Assembly (NCBI GenBank): GCA_904063045.1
Contig: CAJFCJ010000009.1
Span: 476,942-540,941 of the forward strand
Reading direction: 5' to 3'
DNA: 64,000 nucleotides
From: Dimorphilus gyrociliatus
Taxonomy: Eukaryota > Animalia > Annelida
The first letter of the stretch is position 1. Each line of letters starts with the position of its first letter. The notes beneath the pieces were generated by a model that had not been told where the DNA came from, did no database searches, and was given only the letters and a program-made list of their open reading frames with translations. Positions 22,696-34,445 of the stretch are shown here, piece by piece. The position numbers and the translations under genes were made by a program.

Positions 22696-25600
22696 ATGGC
22701 GGAAGCTCATAGTGCAGTAGCGTTTTCGTTCTCTGTTACACCGGAGGGTGTTGACGTTAACGTAAATCACGAAGCTCTCAGAGCCGTTTGGATCAGCGGT
22801 GTACGATCTTGGAAAAAAAAGACGGCTACATTCATGGTATGTTGTCAATAAATTTCAATAACAAATGTAAACAATACACAACATATAATAACCAATAATA
22901 TACCTTAAGAATCACGTTCATAATGGGGTTTACCCAGCCTCCCCGGCTTCGTGGCTGGTAACGAGTGGAGCGTTTGTGGGGCTGCACTATGCAGGATTGA
23001 AACAAATATGTAAAGTTGTCGACTATGTTTCGCAACTTCCCGGATTCAACTTGATTAAAACTCATGAAACTAATAAAAAGATTGTGGCATGTCTTGCCTT
23101 TTCTACGGGTGTTTGGCTAGTTGGCATAGCAACTCTTCGATACACTCTAAAATTAATGTTCTGCTACAAAGGTTGGATGTATGAACCTCATGGAAAAATG
23201 TCGGTGGCAACAAAAATTTGGCTGTTAGGAGTCAAAGTTCTTGTAAACCGAAGACCACTATTATACAGTTATCAGGGATCGCTACCGAGTCTTCCTATTC
23301 CCTCAATTAATGATACTATGAAACGATATTTGCGTTCTGTTAGACCGCTTCTGAATGATACTCAATACGCTCGTATGGAACGGTTGGTTGAAGAATTTAG
23401 GAGAGGAGATGGACCAAGGTTTCAGCGCTACCTTATTCTTAAATCCTGGTGGGCTTCAAACTACGTATCTGATTGGTGGGAAGAATATGTTTATCTTAGA
23501 GGAAGATCACCAATCATGGTTAATTCTAATTTTTATGGTCTTGATGCTATTATGATCCATCCCACTAACATTCAAATAGCAAGAGCAGCCAATGCTATCT
23601 ATGCAATGCTTATGTTTAGACGACAAATGGATAAAGAATTGATCAAACCGATAATGTTGAATGGAACCATTCCTTTGTGTTCTGCACAATACGAGAGGCA
23701 GTTCAACACTACAAGAATTCCTGGCGAAGAAAGTGATAAGCTTGTGCACTATAAAAGCTCAAAACATATCGTCGTTTATCATAAAGGTCGTTACTTTAAA
23801 GTATACATTTACTTTAAGGGAGTTCTCCTACTACCAAGACAAATTGAACAAATGCTCGAAAAAATCATTCTTGATGAAAGTGAACCAGTAAAGGGTGAAG
23901 AAAGATTAGCCGCAATGACAGCAGGTGATAGAATTCCATGGGCAAAAGCTAGAGTAGAGCATTTTGCGAAAGGGGTAAACAAAACTTCTTTAGAAGCTAT
24001 TGAAAAATCTGCATTCGTTGTCGTATTGGACGATGAAGAACATGACTACGACGAAGAAGATCCTACAAAATTAAACAATTTTGGAAAGTCTATGCTGCAT
24101 GGCAAAGGTTACGATAGATGGTTCGACAAATCATTTACGTTGGTAATCTGCAGAAATGGAAGAGTAAGATGATTATTTTTAAAATAAACATCCTTATAAA
24201 ATGTAAATGATTCTTTTTCTCATTTAGATGGGATTCAACGCCGAACATTCTTGGTATGTCATTAAAAAAATGATTACTAATCTAATATTTAAATAATTTT
24301 TATATATAATTATTGTGTATATATATATATATATATATACTGTATATATACATATATTTTTTTTATAAATATGCTAATGTAAACTAAAAGGGCTGATGCT
24401 CCAATAATGGCGCATTTGTGGGAGCATACTTTAATGGAAGATACAGTTAAGATCGGGTACGATTATATAATATTAAATGCAGTGTTAAAAAAAACTGTGT
24501 TTCTCTGCACATCTTTTTTTATTAATTTTCACTGCCTCTACTAAGCACGATTAAAAATGTACAAGAAAGAAGAACTTTGCGGAAAAGAAGTCTATATAAA
24601 CGATTTTTAATCATTCTTATATGTCTTTTGATTTTCTTATCTGTTTTTACTGATTTATTTATTTACTCTTTCATCGGATTGCACAGGGCCGACGCTCCAA
24701 TAATGGGGCATTTGTGGGAAACCACTATAGCCGATGAAGCATCTCTCGGGTATAAACATCTTTATTAACGATTCCTATTTTAAAAGAAAGGAATAATTCT
24801 ATTACTTATTTTTCTAAGCTTGCTTCTCTATTTCTTTTTCCTGTTTTAATATTCCTTTAAAGTAAATTCAAATTTATTGTTATCCATTTTCACCTTGCCC
24901 TCCCCCCTCATATTTATCAATTTATTAGCCTGATTAAATGATAAACATATATATATATATAAATAGATATACTGCTGACGGCCATACTCGTGGAGAATTA
25001 CCATTCAATGCTCCAAATCCGATTCGTTTGCAATGGGATCTTGATGATGAGGTTACATAATATTATAAAATATTAATTACGTAATAAATAAATGATTCTT
25101 TTTTGCTAAAACAGTGTTGTAAAGTTGTTGATCAGCAGCTGGCAATCGCAAAAGCTTTAATAGAGGATGTTGATTTAAATCTATTAAAACATGATGCATT
25201 CGGAAAAGGATTTATCAAAACCTGTAAAATGAGTCCTGATGCGTTTATTCAAATGGCCTTGCAACTGGCCTATTATAGAGTAAGATTTATTCAAATTTTT
25301 AATTCAAAGTTCTTTTTCTATTAAGAAAATTTATTATGAAATTCTATTAGGATGCAGGAAAGTTTTGTTTAACATACGAAGCTTCCATGACAAGACTTTT
25401 TAGAGAAGGTAGAACTGAAACTGTTCGCTCTTGTACAATCGAATCTGCTGAATTTGTTAAAGCAATGATGGACTCCAATGTTTCCGTAAGAGAAATTAAG
25501 CAACACTATATGTCATTTGTGCTTTATCTTTTCCTATGTTTTCTGTATGTAGAGAGACGATAAAGTAAAGTTGTTTAGAAAGGCGACTGATAGACATCAA

Positions 25601-26111
25601 ATGGGTTATAAAGACGCCATGTCCGGTAAAGGAATAGACAGACATCTATTCTGTCTTTACGTTGTTTCCAAATATTTGGGTATTGAAAGTGCATTCTTGA
25701 AGGAAGTTTTAAGTGAACCTTGGAGACTGTCAACAAGCCAAGTAAAAATTTCACTTTTTAAAATTAATAAACACGAAATACTTTTTAATATTTCATATCC
25801 TTCAGACTCCTCATCAGCAAACTGATAAATTGGATTTAGTTAGAAATCCAGAATTTATTTCAGCAGGTGGAGGTTTCGGACCAGTAGCCGATGATGGTTA
25901 TGGAGTATCGTATATAATTGCTGGAGAGGATGTAATATTCTTTCACATTTCGTGCAAAAAGTCCTGCAATGAAACTGTAAGTAAAACTTTTCAATTAGTA
26001 ATATTATTTATTAAATAATAAATATAAACTTTTTGCCGTTTTAAGGATCCAGAAAGATTTGCGAGAAACATAAAAAGAGCAATGTCGGATATGAAAAATC
26101 TTTTCGCATAA
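22696..26111 (+). CDS. CPT1: Carnitine O-palmitoyltransferase 1, multi-exon
   Basis: [14 protein letters not shown]-terminus; [21 protein letters not shown], catalytic [52 protein letters not shown]; all junctions GT-AG. Confidence 0.97.
24391..24456 (+). other. CPT1 alternative exon A (66 nt; [W][22 protein letters not shown])
   Basis: AG/GT-flanked, phase 2-2, homologous to exon B. Confidence 0.85.
24687..24749 (+). other. CPT1 alternative exon B (63 nt; [W][21 protein letters not shown])
   Basis: AG/GT-flanked, phase 2-2, homologous to exon A. Confidence 0.85.
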
Positions 26112-26498
26112 AATCTAATTTATCTCAATCAACAAACATGATTAACATTTTCATGTTTTAAAAGACAATATTAGTTTCATCAACATAACTTTAAAATGCA
26201 AGAAGAACAATCCTTTACCAAGCAATTGTGTATTGCGCAACGTAACTTTTGATATCTAAAGCCTACTTCGGTTGATAAAAATTTTAACGTTATCAATGCA
26301 ATTTTTGTTTGTGATCTGTTTTATAAAAAAATTAACTGCATATATCTTATTGGTCTAATTATAAGTTTCTAACGTCTGTGCTGTTTCTCAACTTTATTAA
26401 ATTTAATGCTTTAAAATTTTCACTTATAAACTTAGACGAACAATTTCCCAATAAAATAGTGAATAAAGAATCGTAGTTTATCACCATAATAAATGCTG

Positions 26499-26508
26499 GT
26501 CACGTGAC
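26499..26508. promoter_or_regulatory. Palindromic E-box GTCACGTGAC (USF/TFE-type) about 100 bp upstream of the PNP ATG
   Basis: Perfect 10-bp palindrome in promoter position. Confidence 0.45.
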
Positions 26509-26611
26509 TTATGCATAACCTACAGTGTATTGATCGCAGTCAGCGGTTGCATTCAGCATTCTATCGTTTAATGTTGACCTCACCTGACTATTTTATCGAA
26601 TAAACTGAAGA

Positions 26612-27792
26612 ATGACAGATAATACTAAGTAAGTAATATTTTAACGTAACGTCTAATTAAATGAACTGTTGAATTTTGAAAAAATTGTTGAATATTGAAC
26701 GTGTTTTATACTTCATTTTAGCGTTTTTTTGCGATTCTGCTATACAAAATAGGAAGAGGTTATTGACTCAAAGCGTAAAACTAGTAAAAATGTTCATTAA
26801 TAAATGTATAACACTATTTTTTAAATGAATTGTTATTAAGAAAATTATTTGAATAAATATCAAATAAATTCAAATTTGCCTTTAAACAGCTTCACTTATG
26901 AAAAAGTCAAGAAAATTACTGACTTTTTACGAACTAAAACTGGCATTGAGCCAACGATTGGAATAATTTGCGGTTCAGGACTAGGAGGCCTAGCTGAATT
27001 AGTCGAAAATAAGTATGTAATTGACTACGCGGATATTCCGGGTTTCCCGATTAGCACAGGTAAGAAAGAAATCTATTTATTAGTATTGTATTATTATGAT
27101 TCCTATTTTCATTTTTGAACAAAGTTATCGGTCACGCTGGACGCTTGGTTTTTGGTAATCTCGGGTCAAAAAAAGTTGTTTGTATGCAGGGCAGATTTCA
27201 TGCTTACGAAGGACATTCAATGGCCAAAGTAACACTTCCTGTGAGAGTTATGAAACTTTTAGGAATTGATACACTTATTGTTACCAATGCTTGCGGAGGT
27301 CTAAACGAAAACTATAAAGTGGGCGATGTTATGATTATTAAAGATCATATTTGCTTGCCAGCCTTGGCTGGAATTGGACCATTAGTAGGTTTAAATGATG
27401 ACGAATTTGGTACTCGCTTTACAGCTCTATCGGACGCCTACGACAAAGATTTAAGAAAATTAGCAAAGGAAGTTGCAGCTGAGTTAGGAGTAGATAAATT
27501 TCTACACGAAGGTGTTTATGCCATGCAGTTAGGACCATTTTACGAAACAATTGCAGAATGCAAATTGATAAGGAACCTCGGAGCAGACGTTGTCGGAATG
27601 AGTACAGCACCTGAAGTAATGGTTGCCAGACATTGTGGTCTACGGTGTTTTGGGCTATCATTGGTTACTAACGAAGCAATCTTTGATTATGATACTGAAC
27701 GAAAAGCAAATCACGTCGAGGTTCTTGAAACAGCTGCAAATCGTGGAGCCCAGATGTGCGAGTTTGTTAGTAAAATATGCACTAGGATCTAA
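26612..27792 (+). CDS. PNP: Purine nucleoside phosphorylase (trimeric type), 3 exons
   Basis: GIICGSGLGG, IPGFPIST, GHAGRLVFG, MQGRFHAYEG, VTNACGG, VGMSTAPE, LSLVTN; short first exon MTDNT 26612-26628. Confidence 0.96.
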
Positions 27793-29012
27793 ACTAGAAA
27801 ATGATTTTAATTCAATAAAATTCGTATGATATACAACATATAGTATAGCTATTACATTTGTTTGTTAAGCTTTAAGTGAAGATAGCTTATTATCTCTTAT
27901 CTAAACAGAAAAGTTACGTGGTTATCAGATTTTAAAAAAGAAAGAAAAAAAAAACAACAACGCTTCTTATAATCTAAAGTTAGAACGATGATTACTGCTT
28001 TTCTATAGCCAATTTAGTCGTTAAATTCTCTTATTATATACAATTGATTACTCATAAATATTATTCATTTTTATGAATAGCCTAAATACAACAATATCTA
28101 TACATTCTTTATCATTTCGTATACCTGCTTTTAAACTAAACTACAAAATGTAAACTAAGACAATTTTGTTTTTTATAAAAAAAAAATTGACAAAAAATTG
28201 TTATCTAATTTTTTAAGTTTTTTAAAAAAAACTGTTACTGAACAGATGAATCAAGATAAAAAATGTTTCAAAGATTTAATTGAGTTCAATTGCATCATTT
28301 AAACGATAAAATAGGTTTAATGGGTAGAATTTTATTATCTTTTACTTATCAATAATTTTCATTGTGTTTTCATTTATCTCTTATTTTAGAATAATTTCTG
28401 ACCCTATAGTCTATATCAAAGTCTCTTAAGTGTGTGATCTAATGCTAACCAACTTTCACTTTTTGTCTATGATAGAGATACGCCAAACCCCCTGCTCGTC
28501 TCTCTTTATTTTTGTTTGAGATAGTGAGAATCCAATCTTCAAAACATGTATCAATATCTTATCGTTCTTGAACCTATCACTCTGAATCATCAATCTGCTG
28601 TTCTTTATTTATTATTGTTTTGCCAAATTGACTTGGATGGACTCCGCGCCCATTACGCAAGAGATTTGGGCCTAGTAGTTCTAGTAGCCATTCATACTTA
28701 AACACGTGATGTTGTAGAGTTTGTTGATTGGCTGAAAAATAGGTCAATATGGCGGTTGACGTACGCAGAAACGTATAGACGTAAGTAAACGATTCGACTT
28801 GGGTATTTTGTGACGTTAAAGACACTATAGTCGTGTTTGTTAGTAAGAAGTGGACGTCTCTTATATATATTAATAACTCGGTATATTCATTCAACGTATT
28901 TATACAAAATAATTGGTAAAAATTTACGGAGAACCTACGCTTTCCTACTATTACGTAATACTCGTGTTTTGGTAAACGAAGAGGAGGTATAGACACGCAT
29001 TGATTGAATGGA

Positions 29013-31030
29013 ATGGCTACGGCTTCGCCGTACGCTATGCTAAGCTGTACATTGTGCCAACGTTGGGAAAGTATAAGGATTTTAGAATGTCAGCATAAAG
29101 TCTGCTTGAACTGCCTTAAGGACGATGCGAAATGTCCAAAATGTAACGCTCCACTCGACACTGACTTTGAACCATTTAACCTGAGCGCCATCGAAGAAGA
29201 GTTTAAAAGTTTTTTCACCGAAACAACTAATTCGTTTTGTTCATCTGGAGACGGAGCGGAGGCGAGTTACCGCTGCGAGGAATGTTGTGAGAATTTGTGC
29301 TCTTCTTGCTTGTCAGCCCACCAAAGGGTACGGTTGACTAAAGATCATTCTATACTACCATTATCTCCGCCACCCTTTAAAAGCGACCCAAAATTACATA
29401 GAAGACTTCGAGACGAAATAGACAACTTTGAACAAGCTATTATTCAGGTTCAGAAAACGGCTGATTGCATCCAGAGACGAGCCGTGGCAGTATCAAATGA
29501 CGTTCATGGGAAAGCATGTCATTTTATAGGCCTGATCGAAGAGCGGGAGCGTGAGCTACTGAGGCAAATTGATAATATCCGTAATTGTAAAGTGGATACA
29601 CTTTATAAGCAGTTGGATAGCCTAAAAGCCATATGCCTACAGCGGAAGTATCAACTCTCTCAATTGGAAAGAGGCGCCGATATCGACTACAACATTGTTA
29701 CCTATCCCACTGAACCGTATGAAGACGATGTAATAACCTTTTCACCTCCAGACGTTCATCTGTTTGATATAGAACAAAAACTTGGTAGAGTATCAAGTTC
29801 TGCCTGTGCTACTCTATGCTATGCTTCGGGCGATGGTTGCAGGTGTGCTGTCGTCGCTAAAGTCGCTGTCTTCTTCATACACGCTGTCGATCATAACGGT
29901 CAAAGTAGAATGGGTGGAGGCGATCCTTTTACCGTAATCGTTAAGAATGCAGCCGAATCTCAGGTTCTTCCTAGCCAAATTGTCGACCGACTAAACGGAA
30001 ATTACGTAGTCAGCTACACACCAAATGTGGAAGGAATCTGTCGAATATATGTCACACTTAGAGGCAGAAGTATAAAAAATTCGCCATTTACTGTTACTAT
30101 TCGGTCAAGCCGAAATTATGCTTCCATATCACGCGCCAAATATATATTTAGTCAGGAGGGAGATGGCGAAGGTCAACTATCCAGACCATGGGGAGTTTGC
30201 ACTAACAAGGACGGTTTCGTAATTATTGCGGATCGCTCAAACAATCGAATTCAAATTTTCGATTCGCGGGGGAAATTTATGAAGGCATTTGGAAGTTTGG
30301 GATCAAGACCCGGCCAACTTGACAGACCCGCAGGTGTCGCTTGTAATTCTCGAAATGAGATTATCGTCGCCGACAAAGACAATCATAGAATTCAAGTTTT
30401 CGATCAGAATGGTCGTTGGCTGAATGGATGGGGCGAGAAGGGTGAGTTGAATTCTTTTAATATCTTTTGTTGACACTTACAACAATCAATGCTTAAGGTT
30501 CAAAACCCGGCCAATTCAACTACCCGTGGGATGTTGCTGTAAATGATAAATCAGTAATAGCCGTTTCAGATACAAGGAATCATAGAATTCAATTATTTTC
30601 TATGGACGGTAGATTTCTTACAAAGTATGGGTCCGACTCAACTATTGGTGCTTGGCGCCACTTTGATTCGCCCCGCGGCGTTTCCTTCCTACCGAATGGA
30701 CATCTAGTTGTTACAGAGTTCAATAGTCACTGCTTGCTAATTATTAAAGACAGTATGTCGGCTGCTCACGTCCATGGTCAAGAAGGATCTGGTGCAGGTC
30801 AATTACTAAGGCCTCAGGGAGTCGCCTGTGATTTCGAAGGGAATATTATAGTTGCCGATTCTCGAAATCATAGGATACAGGTATTCAATACCTCAGGCAA
30901 TCTGATTGCAAGATGGGGAACATTCGGCCATGAATCTGGTCAATTTGATAGACCATCCGGTGTGTGTATTGGACCTGATGGAACGATTTTCGTTGTTGAT
31001 TTCGGAAATAATCGAATTCAAGCTTTCTAA
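29013..31030 (+). CDS. TRIM71: TRIM-NHL E3 ligase lin-41/TRIM71 (RING, one B-box, coiled coil, filamin, 6 NHL repeats); intron 30442-30497
   Basis: C3HC4 RING; B-box [25 protein letters not shown]; filamin GGDPF...YTP...I.GSPF-like; NHL repeats such as [45 protein letters not shown]. Confidence 0.9.
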
Positions 31031-31044
31031 CTTTTATTCATCTA

Positions 31045-31111
31045 TCAGGGATTTTTCAAAATTTTTTTGACTACCTCCTAATAGAAACCTACTTCAAGAA
31101 GATATTCAGGG
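31045..31111 (+). promoter_or_regulatory. miRNA target-site cluster in the lin-41 3'UTR (miR-125/lin-4 and let-7)
   Basis: TCAGGGA 31045-31051; ACTACCTC 31070-31077; CTACTTCA 31089-31096; TCAGGG 31106-31111. Confidence 0.7.
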
Positions 31112-31748
31112 TCTTATTGTATATCTATATATTTTTATATATACATACCTTTTTTGTTTTCTTTTTTTTTGTTTTTTTTTTACCAATTTCTATAATTTTA
31201 TCTCTTTTTATATGCTTCTTTTTCTTTGTTTTACGATTATTTCTTCTATTTTTTTGTTCTGTTTTACAAACTTTATATTATATTTGTTCTTCTACGAAGC
31301 TTTTTTTTATTAAAGACACTTCTTTGACGGAGATGGGCAGCTTAACTTTTCAATACTGCATATAAAGGAAAAAAAGAAACAAAGCAAAAAAAATTGGGAA
31401 TAACTTTTTATTGCATGAAACCTGACTTAAAAAATTAATTAAACGTAATATGTGTCAAGCAAGTTTTGATTACAGTTAACATTATTTTGCAATATTCTCT
31501 ACTTTTATGCTTTTATAATTGTTAATTGATTGTTTTTGGTATTTTAGCTAAAGACGCTAATTTACCTTCTTATTAACATATTTCAGTTTCCCTTTTCAAT
31601 TATTAAAAGAACTTTTCTTTTCATGAAAAAGAGAATATATTATATTCTAAAAATTAAGAGTTAAGAATATAAGAACATTAGATACCCTTTTTATTTGTTT
31701 ATCTTTTCTTTCTTTCCTTCTAGTTCCCTTCTTTAAATTTAGAAATCA

Positions 31749-32297
31749 TTAAGTATTTTTGTTCTCTTTATATAAGGATTTTGTATAAATGGGAGTTGCT
31801 TCTTCAACAATTCTCTTTTGTGATTTAAATCGCTTCGTTTTACTCGGGGGAAGAGAAGACTGTGGCAGATGTATCTGTTTAAATTGTCACTTTCTCAATA
31901 CAGACATTACTTTCGCATTATTTTTGAATTATACTTACCGGACGAGGATAGGGTATCTGATAATGAAGTGCTGGGTTGTAAATGTCATAGCATTATTATC
32001 TCACCAGTGCATGTACATACTTACCCATTTCTATCCGACTTTCCCCTTCTCGTACATGCTGTCTAATCTCTTCAAAGTTTGTTAACTAAAAAAAACTGGC
32101 TTAAGCGAATATTTTGCGAAATGATCGATATTAAGAAATTTTGTTGTTACATCTTTATTTTTTCTAAATAACGTTCTCGTTTCAGCTAAAATGAAGTTTC
32201 TTTCATTAGTCGTTTCGTTAGCATGGAGCGATACCCAGGTTTTAGACAGTTTAATACACCTTCGATACAGTCTGAATACTTCATTTCTTAAACTCAT
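31749..32297 (-). CDS. LYRM1: LYR-motif protein 1, 4 exons
   Basis: EVFRLYRRCIKLSKTW...ILAETRTLFRKNKD|LTNFEEIRQHVREGESRIEM|ALHYQIPYPRP|IHLP matches the LYRM1 pattern. Confidence 0.9.
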
Positions 32298-32823
32298 TAT
32301 GTTTTTTTTTATTTCTAGTCTACTGCTTTCCCACTTAAGAAATATTCATAAGATATTTTCTAAAAGTCACTGAATTTATCTTTCAAAACAAGCCAACTTC
32401 CAGTTAGCAAAAGTTTACTTTACCAGTTTTCTCTGTGTTTTGTTTACAGTAGCTTACTTGCATTTATTTTGCGTAATAACATATTAAATAGAAATTCAAA
32501 TGCAAAACTTTGACATTATCTAAAATGGCTTAAAAAGTAGATTTATGCAGTATATACATATTTTTTTCTTTGAAGATATAAAGCTTCATAAAAAGTAACG
32601 GAATTTTGTTAATTCGAAAATGGTAAAGTGTTTCTCCCATTAGAAAGTATAGCTCTAAGGCATAGTTAACTAAAGCTATAAATAAGAAAGTTAAAAGACT
32701 CGAATACGTAATAGTTCATTATAATTTATTGTACTTTTACAATTACGATAACATTAGACTTTTTTTCAAAAATCGAAAGTGTTGATAAGAATAAAAAGTT
32801 TTGAAATAAGAAGAATATACACT

Positions 32824-33452
32824 ATGATTCGTCGAATAATATTGTTACTTTCCCTCTTATATCATCCATTGTGTAAGTATTCTTTTTTCAAATGCTAAAT
32901 AACCCTAAACAACAAATAAAATAAGTTTTGTATATCTAAGTATAGGTGTAACAATCAAATGTTATGCTTGCGGTAATGAATTCAAATCTCTATGGGAAAA
33001 TTCTTCTGTACTCGATTTGAAAGATTGTCCAATTAATTCAACTGCTAACTTTAATGAAATTTGCGAAGCAGAAATTTGCGTAAAGTCATTATATCTTTAT
33101 CAAAATAAAAGAGAGTTATCGAATGATAATGAACTAGTTGAAATTGATAACGAAGGTTTTACAGTTCGATATTGCGCTTTTCAATTGCATAGACCAGACT
33201 TTCAATTAGATGAAAGAGGAGAGGCTATAATTATGGAGGAGAAGAAAAGTTAGAAATTTCATCTTTCTTTAACAGTTTCTTTTTTACTATTAAAAGTCTT
33301 TATTTATTATTCTTATTACTTTAGATCTAGGAAGGAAAGAATTCTATTATTGTTCGACAGACTATTGTAATTCATCAAATATCGAAAAATTTGAATTACG
33401 ACATGTAATTATTATATTTCTCGTACAAATATTATTTATTTACTCTGCTTAA
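32824..33452 (+). CDS. Ly6/uPAR three-finger (quiver/sleepless-like) GPI-anchored protein, 3 exons
   Basis: Signal peptide MIRRIILLLSLLYHPL|C; IKCYAC...C...C...CVK...RYC...; YYCSTDYCN followed by a hydrophobic C-terminal tail. Confidence 0.8.
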
Positions 33453-33675
33453 AGGAAATTACGTTTTTGTTAAACTGCCAGTTTTATTTAAATATGGATA
33501 AATATAATAAATAAACAAAGTATAAGTTATCTTCGTACAAATATTAATAATAGACAGAATTTTTAGCTCTATTCAGTTTCTTGAATTATTGCTCAATGAA
33601 GCATTCCCCCTATAAATTTATATCACTGCATTTAGCAATTGTCCTTGAACTTGACTAAATTTAGTGACAAGTTTC

Positions 33676-34208
33676 ATGGAGAGATCACGAGAAATAAAAA
33701 TATTCTCTGCTGGAATGATTATCTATAGAGATATTGATAATAAGAGAGAGTATTTGGTATTACAACACATGAATCCGAGAAATTGGACTCCTCCTAAAGG
33801 TAAACCTCATAAAGTATTGCACAACTATTACAAATTGAATTTTGAATTATAAGCTTTATTTCTTTTTCATATTTAGGAAGAATGGAAGGTAGTGAAGATG
33901 AAAAAATGACCGCAATTAGAGAAGTCTTCGAAGAGACTGGGCTAACTGAAAAGAAATATAATTTTATTGAAAATTATAAAAAAGCAACTCAATATAATAC
34001 AAGAAAAGGTTTCAAACAAGCAACTTTCTTCCTGGCCCGTCTGAAAAATCCTTTAGAACCCATAGTTCTTCGTCCAAGTGAACATCAATCTTTCGGTTGG
34101 ATTTCTCTTACTAATAATGATGGTATCCAAAACAAATTACAGTCCAATCTTAATTTACTTAATCTACTGAAAGATGCAAATGATTATATAACTATGCATA
34201 ATCTATAA
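33676..34208 (+). CDS. NUDT2: Nudix hydrolase, Ap4A hydrolase-like, 2 exons
   Basis: SAGMIIYR, WTPPKG|RMEGSEDEKMTAIREVFEETGL (Nudix box), SEHQSFGW. Confidence 0.8.
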
Positions 34209-34445
34209 TCTATTTTTTAAGACAAAGAGTAACAATAATAAACTTAAGCATATTATAAAGAATTTACTTTAAAAATATAGAAACAAAAAAAAATATAAAC
34301 GAATTATAACATAAGATTGAAAAAAAACTAAATATTATATCTATCATAGGATAGTAAACATTTAAGTTGTGTGTCGTTGAAAATGCGAACTTTTCTAAAA
34401 AGTTTGCGTGAATGTCAAAAGAAATCACTAAGTAAGTTCGATTTA

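Noticed and set aside
28577-28996. 139-aa minus-strand ORF upstream of TRIM71
   Set aside because: Overlaps what looks like the TRIM71 promoter and 5'UTR exon (reverse CCAAT, ATGGCGG, GTAAGT donor at 28781); no domain features.
31117-31365. Phe-rich 82-aa ORF
   Set aside because: T-rich 3'UTR of TRIM71 mimicking a transmembrane protein.
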